From Candidatus Hermodarchaeota archaeon (lineage in GTDB: Archaea > Asgardarchaeota > Heimdallarchaeia > Hodarchaeales > Hodarchaeaceae): DNA of 18,332 bases. The position numbers and the translations under genes are program-made. This document shows, piece by piece, positions 15,045 to 18,332 of the stretch (the stretch's first letter is position 1; each line of letters starts with the position of its first letter). The notes under the pieces were generated by a model. The model saw only the letters and a program-made list of their open reading frames with translations. It did no database searches and was not told the origin of the DNA. The stretch spans positions 61,932 through 80,263 of the forward strand of contig JBHLKY010000021.1 in assembly GCA_048886185.1 (NCBI GenBank), given 5' to 3'.

Positions 15045-15707
15045 GTGGTTTACATACGAAAATACCATATACAAGATCGAAAAGCGGTAATTCATATTTG
15101 TTGGTCTACAGGATACATGGGAAAGAGTGCAGCTGGCCGATTTGACGACTCTTATCTCTTTGGTTTGCTTTTTTGTTCGTACTATATTGATTACGAACCA
15201 GAAAATTGCTTTGTGGCCGTTGATAGTGAGAAAAACCAAGTAATTGGATATATTTTAAGTAGTTTAGATTCTAAAAAGCAAGAAGAACAATTTCAGAAAA
15301 TAATGATCCGTAAAATAGCTCTAAGGGCTTTTACATACACTTTATGGCGTCATCCAAGAACTTTTCGTGTATTATGGCACTTCATGAGGACTTGGGAAGA
15401 CGAACCTAAAACTTTTAATGAAAAATCTCTTTTAGAGTCATATCCAGCACACCTTCACATTGATATTCTTCCTGATTACCATCGGCAAGGAATAGGTACC
15501 CAACTAGTAAAAACCCTTGAAAATCATCTTAGAAATCACAATGTTAAAGGAGTTCATCTTGGTACAAGTGATCGGAATGTGAAGGCTGTTCAATTTTATC
15601 AAAAATTGAAATTCTCAGTGATTTACGAAAGCTCAAGTGGCTCTGGAATGTGGCCTGATGCTTCTGATGTTAAAACGTTGATTTTTGCTAAAAAGATAAC
15701 ATTATAG
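15045..15707 (+). CDS. GNAT-family N-acetyltransferase (subtype resembling the O-GlcNAcase HAT-like domain)
   Basis: Acetyl-CoA motif A HRQGIGTQL, YPAHLHIDILP, GVHLG...N..A..FYQKL. GTG start after AAGGAG. Confidence 0.9.
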   Translation: MVYIRKYHIQDRKAVIHICWSTGYMGKSAAGRFDDSYLFGLLFCSYYIDYEPENCFVAVDSEKNQVIGYILSSLDSKKQEEQFQKIMIRKIALRAFTYTLWRHPRTFRVLWHFMRTWEDEPKTFNEKSLLESYPAHLHIDILPDYHRQGIGTQLVKTLENHLRNHNVKGVHLGTSDRNVKAVQFYQKLKFSVIYESSSGSGMWPDASDVKTLIFAKKITL

Positions 15708-15714
15708 AGTCTTA

Positions 15715-16572
15715 TCAAAGAATAAAAGACGTAATTATCATAATAAAGCCTATAATGAAGAGAGATATTATTACTACTTGTGTTATCTGATCTGAATGAA
15801 TGCGAGTACGAATTCTAGTACCAATCTCACTACCAAATATCAATCCCAATGTTAATGGAATAAAAAGAAGTGACAAATGTCCATAAAAAACATGTGTCAT
15901 TCCTCCTACAGCTGAAGTAATAATGATCATAAATGTAGCTGTAGCCGTAGCAATACGTGGAGGAATAGCAAAGCCGAGAATCATTAAAGGTGTAGTTATC
16001 CATCCACATCCTATGCCCAACATTCCTGCTATTATTCCGATGAAAAAGCCTGTTATTGCTAGAGCAAAGATACCAATAGTAAATGATTCATTACCGGAGT
16101 TAGAGTTCATTTGGGGACCAATAGAAGAAAATTTTTTGATCCACTTTCCTTCCGTATTAGATTGATAATCTTGATTTCTATAGTTTCTGACCATCAATGA
16201 TCCCATAAGGAAGGCTAAAAAACCAAAAATAATCTCAAGTAGATCTGAGGGAAGTAAAACGGTTAAGCTTACCCCGATAAACGCCCCTATCGCAGTAGGA
16301 ATTTCAAATAATAGTCCTAGCTTAAAATTTACCTCCTTTTGACGGCCATTTCGATATGTGGCTACGATTGAAGGAAGAAAAAGGGCAACCAAGGAATTAG
16401 CTACTGCTTCTTCAATGGGAATTTCAAAAATAATTAACAAAATAGGTACAATAAAAATACCTCCGCCAAATCCAGCAATTACGCCAATTGTGCCCACAAA
16501 TATACATATTCCAAACAAAATGAGAAAATACAACGGATCCAAGAGTTTCAGCTCATTAGAGTTGCAAATCAA
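15715..16572 (-). CDS. Sulfite exporter TauE/SafE family membrane protein
   Basis: Two repeats: GVIAGFGGGIFIVPIL...AVANSL and GIIAGMLGIGCGWITTPLM...ATATATF; about 8 TMs. True start may be TTG 16542 (MDPLYFLILF). Confidence 0.9.
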   Translation of the reverse strand: MICNSNELKLLDPLYFLILFGICIFVGTIGVIAGFGGGIFIVPILLIIFEIPIEEAVANSLVALFLPSIVATYRNGRQKEVNFKLGLLFEIPTAIGAFIGVSLTVLLPSDLLEIIFGFLAFLMGSLMVRNYRNQDYQSNTEGKWIKKFSSIGPQMNSNSGNESFTIGIFALAITGFFIGIIAGMLGIGCGWITTPLMILGFAIPPRIATATATFMIIITSAVGGMTHVFYGHLSLLFIPLTLGLIFGSEIGTRIRTRIHSDQITQVVIISLFIIGFIMIITSFIL

Positions 16573-16611
16573 AGATAAGATTTAAATGATAACGAAGTTG
16601 AAAAACAAAAA

Positions 16612-17784
16612 TTATTTAGTTTCTTTTGACTTGATTATATGATCTATAAGTGTTCCATCCCGAATCCACCTGTGGGCACGAAAAACTTCCTTTCCATATT
16701 TTTCTGCCAGTTCATCAAGAAAAATTGTTAATTCAGCTAGATCAATGTTTTCAGCAAGCTCAAATGGTCCCATAGAATTATTGAATGCTAATTTCATCCC
16801 AGTATCTATGTCTCTAGCAGTGCCAACTCCTTCTTCAAGTACCTTTGCTGCCTCATTGATTTGTAGTCGTATGGGTATCATCATATCGAAGTCTGCAGGA
16901 TCAGACAGATCAATTTCAGGCTTTCCTTCTTTCCAGTTGTAAATGCCTTGACCTGATTTTTTACCAAATTTTCTTTCTTTTAACAGCTTTTCCATTGTTG
17001 GAGTTGGAGTATAATCCTTTGATAGACGTTCAGAAATATATTTCATACTATCATACACAATATCTAGCCCTAAATAATCTTGGAGTTGATATGGACCAAT
17101 TGGGACCCCCATATTCATAGCAGCTGCGTCTATCTTTTCAGGAGAGTATTCTTCTCTATCAAGCATTATATTCAATAATAATGTACTTGGTGCTATAATC
17201 CGGTTGCAAATAAAACCTGGACTATCTTTAGAGAAAATAGGAGTTTTTTTGGTTTTTTTTATGAAATCTGTCACAATATTTAAGGTCTCTTCAGATGTTT
17301 TGTCCCCTTTTACAATTTCGACTATTGGCATTAAAACGGGAGGATTAAAGAAATGTGTCCCAATGACTTTATCAGGACGTTGAGTCACAAAACTAATTTC
17401 TGTTATACTCATATTACTTGTGTTTGATGCGAGGATAGCATATGTTGGTGTTAATTTGTCTAATTCAGTAAAAATCTCCTTTTTAAGATCCAATTTCTCT
17501 GGAACTGCTTCAATGCATAAATCAGCTTTTTTAACTCCTTCTTCAAGATCAGTGGTTAATGTAAGATTATTCATGCAATTTTTATAGTCACTTTCAGAAA
17601 TTTTGGCTTTCTCTACCAATCTTTTGAAAGACCAAACGATCCTAGATTTTCCATATTCAACAATCTTATCGTTGATATCATAAAGTGAAACACTATAATT
17701 AGATATTAAAGCAACTTGCGCAATACTATGGCCCATTGCACCAGCTCCAATAACAGCTACATGTTTTATATCATCAATTTTCAC
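16612..17784 (-). CDS. 3-hydroxyacyl-CoA dehydrogenase with duplicated C-terminal domain
   Basis: GAGAMG Rossmann motif, IEAVPEKLDLKKEIF, LASNTS, catalytic HFFNP, PGFICNR, and a second C-terminal copy (EGVGTARDIDTGMKLAFN..MGPFE). GTG start. Confidence 0.95.
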   Translation of the reverse strand: MKIDDIKHVAVIGAGAMGHSIAQVALISNYSVSLYDINDKIVEYGKSRIVWSFKRLVEKAKISESDYKNCMNNLTLTTDLEEGVKKADLCIEAVPEKLDLKKEIFTELDKLTPTYAILASNTSNMSITEISFVTQRPDKVIGTHFFNPPVLMPIVEIVKGDKTSEETLNIVTDFIKKTKKTPIFSKDSPGFICNRIIAPSTLLLNIMLDREEYSPEKIDAAAMNMGVPIGPYQLQDYLGLDIVYDSMKYISERLSKDYTPTPTMEKLLKERKFGKKSGQGIYNWKEGKPEIDLSDPADFDMMIPIRLQINEAAKVLEEGVGTARDIDTGMKLAFNNSMGPFELAENIDLAELTIFLDELAEKYGKEVFRAHRWIRDGTLIDHIIKSKETK

Positions 17785-17915
17785 TTGAATTTACCCTTCT
17801 TTGGAATGGTTAACATTTAAAGTCAAGAAAAGAGAGTTTTGGTAATAAATTTTATTCTTGTGTCAAATTAAATGTGTATATGGGTAGAGAATATTCTTAA
17901 TGTAACTTCGCTGCA

Positions 17916-17938
17916 TTATTGAATCGTTATTGAATCGT
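17916..17938 (+). repeat. Tandem direct repeat, 11-nt period (TTATTGAATCG x2 plus T)
   Basis: ttattgaatcg ttattgaatcg t, read directly in the intergenic region. Confidence 0.85.
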
Positions 17939-18099
17939 AATCTTTCTAATTGTTATTTGCGAATTACCCTAGATTATAACTAGCAACATATAGTGTTCTA
18001 TTAAAAGAGGAAATCAGAAAATTCAGAAAGAAATTTTCCTAAATAGTGTGATTTATTCTGAAATCTAATAAATCTTGCTATTTGAAAAATTTCAGAAGA

Positions 18100-18129
18100 G
18101 GTAGAAAAAAAAGAGGAAGAAGGAGAGTA
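18100..18129 (-). terminator. Pyrimidine-rich/T8 tract after the enoyl-CoA hydratase stop; candidate archaeal terminator
   Basis: Minus strand after the TGA reads tactctccttcttcctcttttttttctac; T8 corresponds to A 18105-18112. Confidence 0.5.
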
Positions 18130-18332
18130 TCATTTATTTTTAAATTCTGGTTTCCTTTTCTGAAGGAAAGCCATAACACCTTCCTGTAGATCTTCTGTTG
18201 AAAAAGCTATTCCTTGTCCAAGAGCCTCCATTTGGAGACCTATATCTAGAGCAGTTTCAGCTGATTGATTAACTAATCGTTTGCATAAAGCTACTGCAAT
18301 AGGTGAACATTCAGTAGCAATAGTTTTAGCTA
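18130..18332 (-). CDS. Enoyl-CoA hydratase/isomerase (crotonase) family, C-terminal fragment truncated by the window edge
   Basis: Hand translation from 18330: AKTIATECSPIAVALCKRLVNQSAETALDIGLQMEALGQGIAFSTEDLQEGVMAFLQKRKPEFKNK*. SPIAV..K and TEDLQEGVMAFLQKRKPEF form the crotonase C-terminal signature. Not in the ORF track. Confidence 0.92.
   Translation of the reverse strand, partial: AKTIATECSPIAVALCKRLVNQSAETALDIGLQMEALGQGIAFSTEDLQEGVMAFLQKRKPEFKNK

Noticed and set aside
463-16572. A window-wide sulfur/redox pathway (CMD, rhodaneses, HxlR, MBL, TauE)
   Set aside because: The genes are spread over 16 kb in separate transcription units with unrelated genes between them. The MBL protein lacks features that would let me call it a persulfide dioxygenase. 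A thematic link is not supported without synteny data.
12989-16942. Remaining short overlapping ORFs in the track (12989, 13112, 13571, 13979, 14283, 15003, 15923, 16358, 16745)
   Set aside because: All overlap confident genes in other frames or strands and show no independent coding evidence.
1-18332. CRISPR array, tRNA/rRNA, IS element, integrase or defence system
   Set aside because: No regularly spaced repeats, no GC-rich structured-RNA island, no transposase/integrase motifs or terminal inverted repeats, and no recognisable nuclease or defence domains seen.

Overview
AT-rich prokaryotic chromosomal window (roughly one-third GC, judged by eye) of mainly metabolic and transport genes. It is most likely archaeal and plausibly Asgard/Heimdallarchaeia-like. 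That assignment is inference from GGAGGT/GGTGA Shine-Dalgarno sites, oligo-T terminators, sequon-rich surface proteins with a TP(S)F-TM-basic tail and a large TPR protein. Gene order: 3' part of an RlmF/METTL16-family methyltransferase (absent from the ORF track); CMD/AhpD-family protein; two tandem exported, membrane-anchored rhodanese paralogs; malQ; HxlR-family regulator, probably with a CTG start and a Cys-containing N-terminus, divergent from an unannotated 53-aa Cys/His-rich protein and an MBL-fold hydrolase; 668-aa coiled-coil/TPR protein; ABC-2 exporter (ATPase plus two large permeases); a fetA-fetB-pepD-GNAT operon; TauE/SafE exporter; 3-hydroxyacyl-CoA dehydrogenase; 3' end of an enoyl-CoA hydratase domain (also absent from the ORF track). 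I saw no rRNA, tRNA, CRISPR array or mobile element, and no complete new system can be proven from sequence alone. Best leads: (i) the cell-surface rhodanese pair, with different stalk lengths, a sortase-like tail and a near-identical 62-nt tract; (ii) a stand-alone GNAT resembling the O-GlcNAcase C-terminal HAT-like domain, in an operon with fetAB and pepD; (iii) the HxlR / small Cys-His protein / MBL module; (iv) frequent non-ATG starts, including TTGA stop-start overlaps.
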